From an uncultured Solirubrobacterales bacterium (GTDB lineage: Bacteria > Actinomycetota > Thermoleophilia > Solirubrobacterales > 70-9), in contig CAVTPZ010000017.1 of the NCBI GenBank assembly GCA_963736685.1, positions 9,607 through 73,606 on the forward strand: DNA of 64,000 bases, written 5' to 3'. The stretch's first letter is position 1. Every line of letters starts with the position of its first letter. Under the pieces are notes generated by a model. The model saw only the letters and a list, made by a program, of their open reading frames with translations, was not told the origin of the DNA and made no database searches. Shown piece by piece: positions 1 through 9,834 of the stretch. A program made the translations under genes and the position numbers.

Positions 1-191
1 GCTCCCGTTCGAGACATAGCCGCCCTATCGGCCCCCGGCCCGGCACCTTGACCCCCTCTTCGATTTGTTAAATAACGGCACGCCCGGTGGACACCAAGAC
101 CGTGCCGTCGTTGGACGAATGCAACGTGATTTGCAGCTCCGGCTCCCCCAGACACCAATCCGCGCCAGGGCCGCGGGCGTACCATGAGGTG

Positions 192-1142
192 ATGGCCACG
201 GCACCGAGGCTGGATCCGACCGAGGTGGCCGAGATCGGCAATCGCCTCAGGGAGAACATCGCGATGGCGGTGAAGGCTCCCGAGCGCGTGCTGCGGGACC
301 TGGTCGTGGCCCTGCTCGCCGACGGGCACGTGCTGATCGAGGACGCTCCCGGCGTCGGCAAGACCGCGCTCGCCCGGGCGCTCGCCCGCTCGCTCGAGGC
401 CGAGTACGCGCGGGTGCAGTGCACCTCCGACCTGCTCCCCGCCGACATGGTCGGCACCAACGTCTTCAACCAGCGGACCGCGAGCTTCGAGTTCCACCCC
501 GGGCCGGTGTTCGCGAACGTCGTCCTGGTCGACGAGATCAACCGCGCCTCGCCCAAGACCCAGTCCGGGCTGCTCGAGTGCATGCAGGAGCGGCAGATCA
601 CGATCGACGGCACCAAGCACGAGCTGGCGCGGCCGTTCGTCGTGCTGGCGACCCAGAACCCGGCCGAGTACGAGGGGACCTATCCCCTCCCCGAGGCAGA
701 GCTCGACCGCTTCATGGTCCGGGTCAGCCTCGGCTACCCGGCGGCCGACGCCGAGGCCGCGATGCTCGCCGAGCACGCCGACCGCGACCCGGTCGATGAC
801 CTCCGCCCGGTCGCGGACGTGACGACGGTGCGCGCCGCCCAGGCCGCCCTGGCCGGCATCGAGGGGACCGAGGCACTGCGCCAATACGTCGTCGCCGTCT
901 GCGAGGCGACCCGGGCCGACGAGCGGGTCGAGCTCGGGGCGAGCCCGCGCGCCGGGCTGATGCTCTTCCGCGCCGCCAAGGCCATGGCAGCGCTCGACGC
1001 GCGGGACCACGTCTTGCCCGACGACGTCCAGGCGCTCGCGCCCTCCGTCCTCTCCCACCGCCTGCTCCTCTCCTATGAGGTCGACGGCGATCAGCGCGAG
1101 GCCGTGGTTCGCGAGGCGATCGACAGGGTCCCCGCTCTGTGA
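192..1142 (+). CDS. MoxR-family AAA+ ATPase
   Basis: Lies in ORF 87..1142. Walker A is EDAPGVGKT and Walker B is VVLVDEINRA, with the FVVLATQNP region typical of MoxR. I prefer the ATG at 192 (MATAPRLD). The stop abuts the next gene. Confidence 0.9.
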   Translation: MATAPRLDPTEVAEIGNRLRENIAMAVKAPERVLRDLVVALLADGHVLIEDAPGVGKTALARALARSLEAEYARVQCTSDLLPADMVGTNVFNQRTASFEFHPGPVFANVVLVDEINRASPKTQSGLLECMQERQITIDGTKHELARPFVVLATQNPAEYEGTYPLPEAELDRFMVRVSLGYPAADAEAAMLAEHADRDPVDDLRPVADVTTVRAAQAALAGIEGTEALRQYVVAVCEATRADERVELGASPRAGLMLFRAAKAMAALDARDHVLPDDVQALAPSVLSHRLLLSYEVDGDQREAVVREAIDRVPAL

Positions 1143-1143
1143 G

Positions 1144-2265
1144 ATGACTGAGCCGAGGGAGCCCGGTACGCCCCGGGCACCGGTGACGGCGGCGCTCGGA
1201 ACGGCGCTCACACTCGTCGGGATCGGCTTCGGACTCGACGCTGCCCTCGTCTGCGGGATCGCACTGCTGCTGCTGTCGGTCGGCGCGGTGGCCTGGGTGG
1301 AGCTGGCGACCCGGCGCGGGCGGCTGATTCGGGAGCCCGGGCCCGGCCGCCTGGAGGAGAGCGAGCCCTATGCCCTCCGGATCGCCCTGCAGCGGACTCT
1401 GGTGCCGCCCCCGGGCGGTGAGCTGACCGACCCGCTGCTCGACCGCGCCGTCCCGGTCGGGCCGCGCTGGTCCCGGCGCCTGGAGCGAGACGTCTGGCTG
1501 GAGAGACCCGGCCGGCGGGTGCTGAAGCCGGCGCGGCTGGTCGTCCACGACCCGCTCGGCCTCTGGCAGCGCGAGATCGACTCGGGCCGGTCCGGGGAGC
1601 TCGTCGTCCTCCCGCGCATCGACCCGGTGCGCTGGGCCGGCGCCGGCTCCGAGCCGGGCGGGCAGTCCTCCGGCTCGGGGAATGCGAGCGACGCCACCTC
1701 GAGGCGCGGCGGCCTGGCGCAGCTGGAGGTCGACGGGCTGCGCGCCTACCGCGAGGGCAGCCCGGCGTCGCGGATCCACTGGCCCGCGGTGGCCCGCACC
1801 GGGGAGATGATCGAACGACAGCTGATCGCGGGAGGCGAGCCGCGCCCCCTGGTCGTCTTCGATCCTCGTGGAGGAACCGTGACGCAGCGCGAGCGGGCGA
1901 TGCGGGCCGCGGCCTCGCTCTGCGTGGAGCTCGCCCGCGCCGGCGGCTGCGACCTGCTCGTCCCGGGTGAGCGGAAGGCGATCTCGATCGACCAGTCGCT
2001 GCGGACGTGGCCCGAGGCCCATGTCCGGATCGCGGTCAGCGATCCGCACTCGGGGCCGCCGCTTCCGCAGAGCGGCTCGGGAGCGGCCGTGCTCTGGGTG
2101 ACGGCCGGGCGCGCTCTCCCCGGATCCCTGCGGCGGCTCGGGCCCGGGAGCTTCCTGGTCACTCCGAGCGGCACCCGCCGGGCGGCCGCCTTCCGCGTCT
2201 CGGGCTGCTTCGCCTATCCGGTCGCCGGGGAGCGGGTCGTGCCGGGCCGGAGGGTCGCCGCGTGA
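1144..2265 (+). CDS. DUF58-family protein (MoxR partner, vWA-like)
   Basis: Same frame as ORF 1075..2265, with an ATG at 1144 two bases after the moxR stop. It has an N-terminal TM hairpin and the DUF58 signature LRAYREGSPASRIHWPAVARTG. Confidence 0.85.
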   Translation: MTEPREPGTPRAPVTAALGTALTLVGIGFGLDAALVCGIALLLLSVGAVAWVELATRRGRLIREPGPGRLEESEPYALRIALQRTLVPPPGGELTDPLLDRAVPVGPRWSRRLERDVWLERPGRRVLKPARLVVHDPLGLWQREIDSGRSGELVVLPRIDPVRWAGAGSEPGGQSSGSGNASDATSRRGGLAQLEVDGLRAYREGSPASRIHWPAVARTGEMIERQLIAGGEPRPLVVFDPRGGTVTQRERAMRAAASLCVELARAGGCDLLVPGERKAISIDQSLRTWPEAHVRIAVSDPHSGPPLPQSGSGAAVLWVTAGRALPGSLRRLGPGSFLVTPSGTRRAAAFRVSGCFAYPVAGERVVPGRRVAA

Positions 2266-4528
2266 ACCCCCTCGCGCTCGATCGCTCCCGCCGGGTCGAG
2301 CTCGCCTGCTTCGCCGCCCTCGCGGCGTTCGCCGGGATCCAGTGGGCAACCCTCGTCGCCCATCCGCCGGCGGGCCGGATGCTGGTCGCCGTCGCGCTTG
2401 CGACCGGCGCCGGGGCGCTGCTGGCGGCGATCGCGCGGCTCGAGCCGCGAGGCATGCGCTGGGCATTGGCCGCCGCGGCCACCCTTGCCGTCCTCTTGGC
2501 CGGAATGGTCGTGGTCGGTCTGCCGGCGCGGCTCCTCCTCCCCGGCCACTGGGACGAGCTCGGCCACAACATCAGCCGCAGCCTGAACGGCGTCGGCGAC
2601 GTACCCGTCCCCTACTCCGGGGCCGACCACTGGACGAGGCTGGTGATCCTGCTGGCGGCCCCACTGTTCGCGGGTCTCGCCGCCTTCGTCGCGTTCTGGC
2701 CGACCCGGCGCCGGGTCGCGGGACGGATCGCGGCGCTGGTGCTGCTCGTCGGCCTCTACCTCGTGGCGGTCGCCTGGGCGGACCCCTCGCGGCAGCTGGC
2801 CGGCGGCGCACTCCTTCTCGTGCTCATCTGCGCCTGGCTCTGGCTGCCCGGCGTCTCCCTCACCCGCCGCACCGCCGCCGCGATCGCGGTGGGCGCCGCC
2901 GCCCTAATCGCCCTCCCGGCGGCCGCGGCATTCGACACGGGGCGCGGCCTGCTCGACTACCGCCACTGGGGGTTGTTCAGCGCCAACGGCCAGAGCTTCA
3001 CCTGGGACCAGAGCTACGGCCCGCTCGACTGGCCGCAGAAGGGAACCCAGCTGCTCCAGGTCTCCAGCGAGCACACGCACTACTGGAAGGCGACCAACCT
3101 CAACACCTTCGACGGCACCCGCTGGCTGCGCTCCTCGGTCTCGGGGGGCCAGCCCGCCCTCGGCGAGCCGCTCAAGTTCCACCCGAAGGCGGTGCCTCCG
3201 CGCCCCGACCCGGAGTACGTCGACCGGGTCAACATCGTCGATCGCGGGCTCAACAGCGACTTCGCGATCGGCGCGGGGACGATCCTCTCGCTCCGCGGCG
3301 TCTCGGCCCGGCCGACCACGGACGCGGTCTGGCAGATGAACCACCAGCTCAATCCCGGCACCTCCTACACCGCGCTGATCTACGACCCGCAGCCGAGCGA
3401 CATCGTGATGCGCTCGGCGGGCACCAGCTATCCCGATACCGCTCGCAGCTACACGACGTTCTCGGTGGAACCGGGCGGCCAGCGCACGATCGTGGCGCCC
3501 CTGTGGAGCTCCTCCGGACCGCCCTCGATCGCCGCGCGCGTGACGGCACCCCCTACGCCGGCATGTACGCGCTCGCCAACAAGCTGGCCGCCGGCGCGCG
3601 CGACCCGTTCCAGGCCGTCCACCGGGTCGATCTCTACCTGCGCACCCACTACACCTACCGCCAGAACGTCCCCGGCCACCAGTACCCCCTCCCCGCCTTC
3701 CTCTCCCAGGACCGGGCGGGCTACTGCCAGCAGTTCTCCGGCGCAATGGCGCTGATGCTGCGCATGCTTGGCATCCCCAGCCGGGTGGCGACCGGGTTCG
3801 CCCCGGGCGGCCGCGACCCCGAGAAGAACAACTTCCTCGTGGACGACACCGACGCCCATGACTGGGTCGAGGTCTTCTTCCCCTCGATCGGCTGGGTCAC
3901 CTTCGACCCGACACCAGGCGCCGCACCCGCCGCCACTCAGCTCGACGACAACGACCTCGGGGTCACGAAATCACCCGGGCCTGCCCAGAAGAGCACGGGG
4001 CCGGCCTTCCCCGACTCGCCCTCGGGGTCCGTCAGCCTGCACAAGCGTTCGAGCTCGGGCCTGCACGCGCCCTCGACCCAGGACTCGGGGCCGAACCTGT
4101 GGATCCCGCTCGGCGCGCTCGCGGGCGCCCTCGCCCTCGCCGCTCTGGCCGCCTACGCCTGGCGACGCCGGCGCCGGGCTCACCTGGATCCGGACCGCCT
4201 GGCCGCCGCCGAGCTCGGGGAGCTCGACCGTGCGCTGGAGCGGATCGGATCTCCGCTGCCGCCGGGCGCCACTCTGCTCGAGGCGGAGGGCCGGCTCGAC
4301 CGGCTCGCCGGGCCCGATGCGGCTCGCTACGCGGCCCTGCTCAGGGACGAGCGCTATGGACCGCCGGGCTCACCGCCGCCGGGGGTCGATGAGCGGCGGG
4401 CGCTGCGGCGCGCCCTGGCCAGGGCGGCCGGCCGGCGCTCGCTGCTGCGGGTGCTGCTCGCGATCCCGCCCGGCGGGCCTAGCCCGCGTAGGGGGCGCGC
4501 GGGGTCGAGGGCGAGGACCACTCGGTAG
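2262..4528 (+). pseudogene. Membrane transglutaminase-domain protein, reading frame broken near 3498-3501
   Basis: The GTG at 2262 overlaps the DUF58 stop (GTGA). The multi-TM N-terminus is in the frame of ORF 2007..3755. The transglutaminase core (GYCQQFSGAMALMLRMLGIPSRVATGF, DAHDWVEVFF) and C-terminal TM are in the frame of ORF 2342..4528. GC3 bias switches frame at the C-run 3498-3501. Confidence 0.8.
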
Positions 4529-5084
4529 ACGTACCCGAGGGACCGGGCGTCTCCGGGTCGTCCGGCGAGCGGCGCCTGTGCCGAGGAAGCGGGATCAGCG
4601 CGATCACGAAGGCGGCCCCCACCAGGATGGCGAGCAGCTTCCACTTGGCCGCGACGGCCGTCTCTGAATTGGTTCCGAAGTCGAGGGATGCGGATCCAGG
4701 CTGGAGGTCGCTGGCCACATTGATCCGGTAATCGCCGTCAGTCGGCACATGGAGCTTCGCGATTGCACCGTGCTCGCCGATGACCTCGCTGCGCTGGGTG
4801 CCCTCGGCCGAGATCGACCCTCCGGCCGAGCTCATGCCGATCGGGGGCCCGCCGGCGACCGGGATGGCCTGGAAGCCGAGGCCGCCGCTCTGCTGCTCCT
4901 CCGAGACCGAGCCGTCCTGGCTGTAGAAGACCGTCACCGTTCCCTTGGGGAGGTGGACGACGCCACCCGCCGGGAGTCCCACGCTGCCGTAGTCGTCGGA
5001 GTGGTCGCTGAAGACCGTCGACAGGGTCACCGCGACCGCGGCGAACAGGAGACCGGCGACGAGGGTGTTCTTGAGCCAGCGCAT
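4479..5084 (-). CDS. Hypothetical membrane-anchored protein (N- and C-terminal TM segments)
   Basis: Lies in ORF 4479..5372. I prefer the internal ATG at 5084 (MRWLKNTLVAGLLFAAVAV). A second TM is near the C-terminus. I recognise no family. Confidence 0.55.
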   Translation of the reverse strand: MRWLKNTLVAGLLFAAVAVTLSTVFSDHSDDYGSVGLPAGGVVHLPKGTVTVFYSQDGSVSEEQQSGGLGFQAIPVAGGPPIGMSSAGGSISAEGTQRSEVIGEHGAIAKLHVPTDGDYRINVASDLQPGSASLDFGTNSETAVAAKWKLLAILVGAAFVIALIPLPRHRRRSPDDPETPGPSGTSTEWSSPSTPRAPYAG

Positions 5085-5192
5085 CTGTGATCCCACCATC
5101 GGCAGAAATGGACGTTCAGTCGAGCCCTGGGCATGGTTTCTCGACTGATGTAGGGTGGATTCGAGGGTGCTCCGCCAGGAGCAACCCGATTT

Positions 5193-5721
5193 ATGTTGGC
5201 TCGTCTCGCCCTCCCCACCGCCCTCGTCGTCCTCGCCATCGCCGGTTGCGGAGGAGGCAGCGACACGACGACGGTCACGCAATCCGCGACCCAGGCACAG
5301 AGCCTCACCACCACCACCGCGCAGGGAAATACGGTCACCGTGCAGCGCTCGGCGCCCGATCCCCGCCGGCAATCAGGGCCCTCACTACTTCGAGACGCCC
5401 TCCCACAACATCGGCTGCTACCTCGATTCCAAGTCCGTGCGCTGCGACATTCGCGAGCACACCTGGACCAACCCGCCGGAGCCGCAGTACTGCATCAAGG
5501 CGGGCGTCGACTGGGGCGGGGGCGTATCCGTCGCCTCACACCGTGCCTCGGTCGTCTGCGCCGGGGACACGACGCTCGGCGGGCCCGGGCTGCTCGGCTA
5601 CGGGCACTCCGCGCGGCGCGGACCGATCTATTGCGTGAGCCGCATGGCCGGAATCACCTGCCGGAATGCCGACACCAAGCACGGCTTCTTCCTGTCGAGA
5701 GCCAGCTATAGGCTCTTCTGA
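5193..5721 (+). pseudogene. Cys-rich lipoprotein, frame broken near 5340-5365
   Basis: The signal peptide and lipobox (LAIAGCGG) are in the frame of ORF 5193..5711. The six-Cys globular domain (NIGCYLDSKSVRCDI ... VVCAGDTTLG ... ITCRNADTKHGFFLSRASYRLF) is in the frame of ORF 5155..5721, which has no signal peptide of its own. Confidence 0.7.
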
Positions 5722-5752
5722 GACTCGTCTCGTCTCGTATTAGGAGGAACCG

Positions 5753-6403
5753 GTGAAGGCAAAGTGGGGACTGGCCATCGGCGCTGCGCTGAGCGCGCTC
5801 GCGCTCGCTGCCTGCGGCGGGAGCGGCGGCAGCAACGTCTCGACGAACGGCAACTCCGACCTCTTCACCACCGCCGGCTTCCAGAAGGCCAACGACGCGG
5901 TCAAGGAGAAGGCGGGCGAGAACGCGCAGGCGCTCCAGGTCCAGATCACCGAGGGCGGCGCGGACTTCAAGCTCCGCAGCGGCGAGCAGGCGACCGGCTT
6001 CGTCTACACGGGCGGCGACCTCCACGACGAGAAGGTCGACGTGATCGGACCGGGCTCGCTCGACGGCCAGGACTTCCCCTTCTCCGAAATCGACCCGGCC
6101 GCGATCGACAAGATCGTCTCGGGCGTCAAGCAGGCGGCCGGCGTCAACGACCTGAAGGTGACCGTGATGACGCTCGAGAAGAGCGCCGTCGACGGGCAGC
6201 TCAAGTGGACGATCAACGCCGAGGGCGGCGGCCGCACCGGCCTCGTCTACAACGCGGAGCCGGACGGGTCGAACGTGACCTCGCCGCTGGGCGACATCGC
6301 CGGGTCGGGCTCGAGCTCGGGCGGCAAGACGCCCGCCGAGATCGCCCAGTGCGTCCAGGCCGCGGGCACAGACGTCGCGAAGATCCAGGCCTGCGCGAAG
6401 TAG
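5753..6403 (+). CDS. Lipoprotein, unknown function
   Basis: GTG start preceded by AGGAGGA. Lipobox is [10 protein letters not shown]. Good GC3. There is a C-terminal Cys pair. Confidence 0.75.
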   Translation: MKAKWGLAIGAALSALALAACGGSGGSNVSTNGNSDLFTTAGFQKANDAVKEKAGENAQALQVQITEGGADFKLRSGEQATGFVYTGGDLHDEKVDVIGPGSLDGQDFPFSEIDPAAIDKIVSGVKQAAGVNDLKVTVMTLEKSAVDGQLKWTINAEGGGRTGLVYNAEPDGSNVTSPLGDIAGSGSSSGGKTPAEIAQCVQAAGTDVAKIQACAK

Positions 6404-6443
6404 TTCTCAGACATTTCTTAGGCGATCTCGCCAGCATGGGCTG

Positions 6444-7118
6444 GTGCGCGTACTGGTCGTAGACGACGAGCCCCAGCTGCGCCGCGCCCTGGAGCGCGCG
6501 CTGAAGCTGGAGGGCTACGAGGTGGAGCTCGCCGCCGACGGCGAGGAGGCGCTCGGCTCCGCCGGCTCGGGCTCTCCACTCGACGCGATCGTCCTCGACG
6601 TCCTGATGCCGAAGCGCGACGGGCTCGAGGTCTGCCGCGAGCTGCGGGCGCGCGGCGACCGCACACCGGTCCTGATGCTGACCGCCCGCGACGCCGTGCA
6701 GGACCGGGTCGACGGCCTCGACGCGGGCGCCGATGACTACGTGGTCAAGCCCTTCGCGCTCGAGGAGTTGCTCGCCCGCCTGCGCGCGCTGCTGCGACGG
6801 ACGAACGGCGAGCCGTCGGAGGAGCTGACCTACACCGACCTGACCCTCGATCCGGCCACCCGCGAGGTGAAGCGCGGCGACCGGCCGATCGAGCTGACCA
6901 AGACCGAGTTCGGCCTGCTCGAGCACCTGATGCGCAACCCGCGCATCGCGCTCACCCGCTCCCAGCTCTTCGAGGCGGTCTGGGGCTATGACTTCGGGCC
7001 GCGCTCGAACTCGCTCGAGGTCTACGTCGGCTATCTGCGCCGGAAGACCGAGGAGGGCGGCGAGCCGCGGCTGATCCAGACGGTCCGCGGAGTCGGGTAC
7101 TCGCTGCGCGAGAAATGA
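6444..7118 (+). CDS. OmpR/PhoB-family response regulator
   Basis: Receiver domain ([21 protein letters not shown]) plus a winged-helix C-terminus (VRGVGYSL). Confidence 0.92.
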   Translation: MRVLVVDDEPQLRRALERALKLEGYEVELAADGEEALGSAGSGSPLDAIVLDVLMPKRDGLEVCRELRARGDRTPVLMLTARDAVQDRVDGLDAGADDYVVKPFALEELLARLRALLRRTNGEPSEELTYTDLTLDPATREVKRGDRPIELTKTEFGLLEHLMRNPRIALTRSQLFEAVWGYDFGPRSNSLEVYVGYLRRKTEEGGEPRLIQTVRGVGYSLREK

Positions 7119-8560
7119 GCCTGCGCCGCCGGCTCGCCCTGCTCTCCGCGCTCGCCGTCGCGGTGACCGTGCTGCTGGCGTCGGCGCTCGTCTACGTCCT
7201 GGTTCGCGACCGCCTCCGCAGCGACATCGACAACGACCTCCACCACCAGGCCGACGTCGTGACCCAGCGGGCGTCGCAGGCGGCGCCGGTGATCAACAGC
7301 TCGGCGCCGGGACCTGTGACCTTCGGCACGGGTGGGCCACCGCCCGTCCCGCCCAAGGCGAACGGCAAGCCGGCGAAGGGGGAGGAGCGAGGCGACCGCG
7401 TCTTCCTGCAGCAGGCCGTACCGCCTCCAGGCCCGGGCGGAGCGCCGGCCCTCGCACAGGTGATCGGGCCGAACGGCGCGGTCGTCGCGGACCCGACCTC
7501 CCAGTACCGGCTGCCGGTTTCGAGCGCCGATCGGGAGCTCGCCACGAGCGGCGGAGCCGCGCAGTTCAGCGATGTCTCCGTCCAGGGGACGGACCTGCGG
7601 GTGCTGACCCAGCCGATGGCCGCCGGCGGGGCGATCCAGGTGGCGCGCTCGCTCGAGGACACCAACCACACCCTCAACACGCTGATCATCATCCTGGCCG
7701 CCGTGAGCGCGGGTGGAATCGCGCTGGCCGCCGGGCTCGGGCCCGTCGTCGCGCGCACGGCGCTCGCTCCGGCGGGCGAGGTCTCCGACGCGGCCGAGGA
7801 GGTCGCCCGCACCCACGACCTGACCCACCGGATCGAGGTGCGGGGCGACGACGAGCTCGGCCGCCTGGCCGCCAGCTTCAACGAGATGCTCGCCGCGCTC
7901 GAGCGCTCCGAGTCGGCCCAGCGCCGGCTGGTCGCCGACGCCTCACACGAGCTGCGCACCCCGCTCGCCACGCTGCGGACCAACATCGAGACGCTCGGCC
8001 GCACCGAGAACCTCGACCCGGCGGAGCGCAAGCGCCTGGTCGCGGATCTGACCCAGGAGCTCGAGGAGATGACCGAGCTGGTCGGCGACGTGGTCGAGCT
8101 CGCCCGGGCGCCGGGGCAGGACGCGATCGCCCGTCAGGAGGTCGCGCTCGACGAGCTCACCCGTGACGCGATCGAGCGGGCGCAGCGCCGCGCGCGGGAC
8201 ATGAAGTTCGCCGAGGACCTCCACCCCACCCTGGTTGACGCCGACGCACAGCGGCTCGGGCGGGCGATCTCGAACATGCTCGACAACGCCTGCAAGTGGA
8301 GCCCGCCCGGAGGCGAGATCGAGGTGAAGGTCGCCGAGGGCCGGGTCACGGTCCGCGATCACGGGCCCGGCTTCCCCGCCGAGGACCTGGACAAGGTCTT
8401 CGACCGCTTCTGGCGCGCCGACGACGCACGCGGCAAGCCCGGCTCGGGCCTCGGGCTGGCGATCGTGCAGCGGGTGGCGGAGGAGCACGATGGCACCGCT
8501 CGCGCCGCGAACGCCGAGGACGGCGGCGCGGTGGTCAGCCTCGAACTGCCTGAGATCTGA
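7115..8560 (+). CDS. Sensor histidine kinase (TM-sensor-HAMP-HisKA-HATPase)
   Basis: Overlaps the regulator stop by 4 nt. H-box is ASHELRTPL; N/G boxes are NMLDNACKW and GSGLGLAIV. Confidence 0.92.
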   Translation: MSLRRRLALLSALAVAVTVLLASALVYVLVRDRLRSDIDNDLHHQADVVTQRASQAAPVINSSAPGPVTFGTGGPPPVPPKANGKPAKGEERGDRVFLQQAVPPPGPGGAPALAQVIGPNGAVVADPTSQYRLPVSSADRELATSGGAAQFSDVSVQGTDLRVLTQPMAAGGAIQVARSLEDTNHTLNTLIIILAAVSAGGIALAAGLGPVVARTALAPAGEVSDAAEEVARTHDLTHRIEVRGDDELGRLAASFNEMLAALERSESAQRRLVADASHELRTPLATLRTNIETLGRTENLDPAERKRLVADLTQELEEMTELVGDVVELARAPGQDAIARQEVALDELTRDAIERAQRRARDMKFAEDLHPTLVDADAQRLGRAISNMLDNACKWSPPGGEIEVKVAEGRVTVRDHGPGFPAEDLDKVFDRFWRADDARGKPGSGLGLAIVQRVAEEHDGTARAANAEDGGAVVSLELPEI

Positions 8561-9703
8561 GCGCGAGCTCGAGCTCGAAGCGGGCGTCCGGGTCGCCCAG
8601 CTCGTCGCCGAAGAGCTCGCGCAGCCGGCCGAGCCGGTAGCGGATCGTCTGCGGGTGGAGATGGAGCGCCCGCGCCATCGCGGCCGCGTTGCCGCCGTGC
8701 TGGACGTAGGCGAGCGCCGTCTCCTCCATCCGCGCCCTGCCGGCCGGGGTGAGCTCGTCGAGCGGCGCCAGCCGCCTGGCCGCCAGCCGCTCGGCGAGCC
8801 CGCCGGACTCGAAGAGGAGCAGCTCGGGCAGGTGCCGGTCAGCATCGATCACGCCGTCAGCCTCGATCGCACCCGCCTGCGCCGCCCGCAGGGCCGCCGA
8901 GGCGATCGCCCACGCCCGGCCCAGCTCGGCCCGCGGCACGGTCGGGCCGAGCGCCGCCGTGACGTCGCGGGTCGCCCGCTCGAGCTCGGCGGCGCGACTC
9001 GCGTCCGCCGCGCCGGCGAGCAGCGGCGCAGCCGACACCGCCCACGCTCGCGACCAGCGCGTCCGCCGGGAGGCGGCGGCCGACCCGGGCGAGGTTCTCC
9101 TCCGCGACGGCGAGCGGAGCGGCGCTCCGCGCGAGCCTCCACCCGGCCGCCTGGGCCGCAGAGCGGATCTCGGGGTCGGGCGCCGGTGGATCGCGCAGCA
9201 GCAGGGCGAGCAGCTCGCGGCGGCGGACGCTGGCGCTCGCCCTCCTGCTCGCGCTGGGCCTGCGCGTAGCCCTCGACCGAGTCGGCCGAGAGCTCGTCGA
9301 TGTAGGCGAAGATCGCCTCGGCCAGCAGGCCGAGCTCCTCGGGGTCGACCTTGGCGCGCCGAGCCGCGGCCGAGACGCGCCGCCAGGCGACCCGGGCGCC
9401 GACGCGGTAGGCGGACTGGAGCGAGTCGAGCGTCCGCCCCTCCCTGAACTCGGCCCGGCCCAGCCCCACATATACGTCGCGTCCGGACTCGCGGCCCGCG
9501 CCGGGATCTCGGATCAGGGCGACGAACTGGCGGAGCGCCTCGCTCACGCCCGTGCGGATCGCCACGCCGAAGGCGCCCTCGAGCGGCCGCGCGTACTCGG
9601 GGACCTCGCGGCCGATCGTCTCCAGGATCTCCTCGGTCGCCTCGGGCAGCTCGGGCTCGATCGCGTCGGCCACGGCGGGCGGCAGCGCGTGCCAGGGCAC
9701 CAC
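8535..9703 (-). pseudogene. PucR/CdaR-family transcriptional regulator, two frame breaks
   Basis: The N-terminal part is in ORF 8849..9703 (up to SVEGYAQAQREQEGERQ). The middle part (RRRELLALLLRDPPAPDPEIRSAAQAAGWRL) is in ORF 8857..9471. The C-terminal HTH (ALAYVQHGGNAAAMARALHLHPQTIRYRL) is in ORF 8535..9038. Breaks lie near 9222 and near 9038. Confidence 0.75.
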
Positions 9704-9737
9704 GGGGTCAGACCCCTTAATGAAGGGGTCTGACCCC
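9704..9737. repeat. Pair of 13-nt palindromes forming a larger inverted repeat
   Basis: GGGGTCAGACCCC (9704-9716) and its reverse complement GGGGTCTGACCCC (9725-9737), flanked by TT/AA. They sit at the 5' edge of the PucR-type gene in the divergent intergenic region. Confidence 0.6.
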
Positions 9738-9834
9738 TTGGGGAGTTTTTTGTCATTTAGGCTGACAAGACTTTGGTCGAAAGAGTTGGGATTCAGGCTA
9801 ACTCTTTGTGCGGTCGCCTGCCTACGCTGCTCAC

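Noticed and set aside
724-2466. A 580-aa minus-strand ORF, plus many similar long ORFs antisense to real genes (for example 19942..21051, 24458..25987, 34798..36630, 43762..45081, 45901..47403, 47804..49351, 53283..54098).
   Set aside because: Their translations are Arg/Pro/Gly/Ala-rich with no motifs. They lie opposite genes with clear domain signatures and correct GC3 bias. These are the typical shadow ORFs of high-GC DNA.
9704-9737. The palindromic repeat pair as a CRISPR array or MITE.
   Set aside because: There are only two copies with an 8-nt spacer, and no further repeats or terminal-inverted-repeat/target-duplication structure were seen. A regulatory or structural hairpin is more likely.
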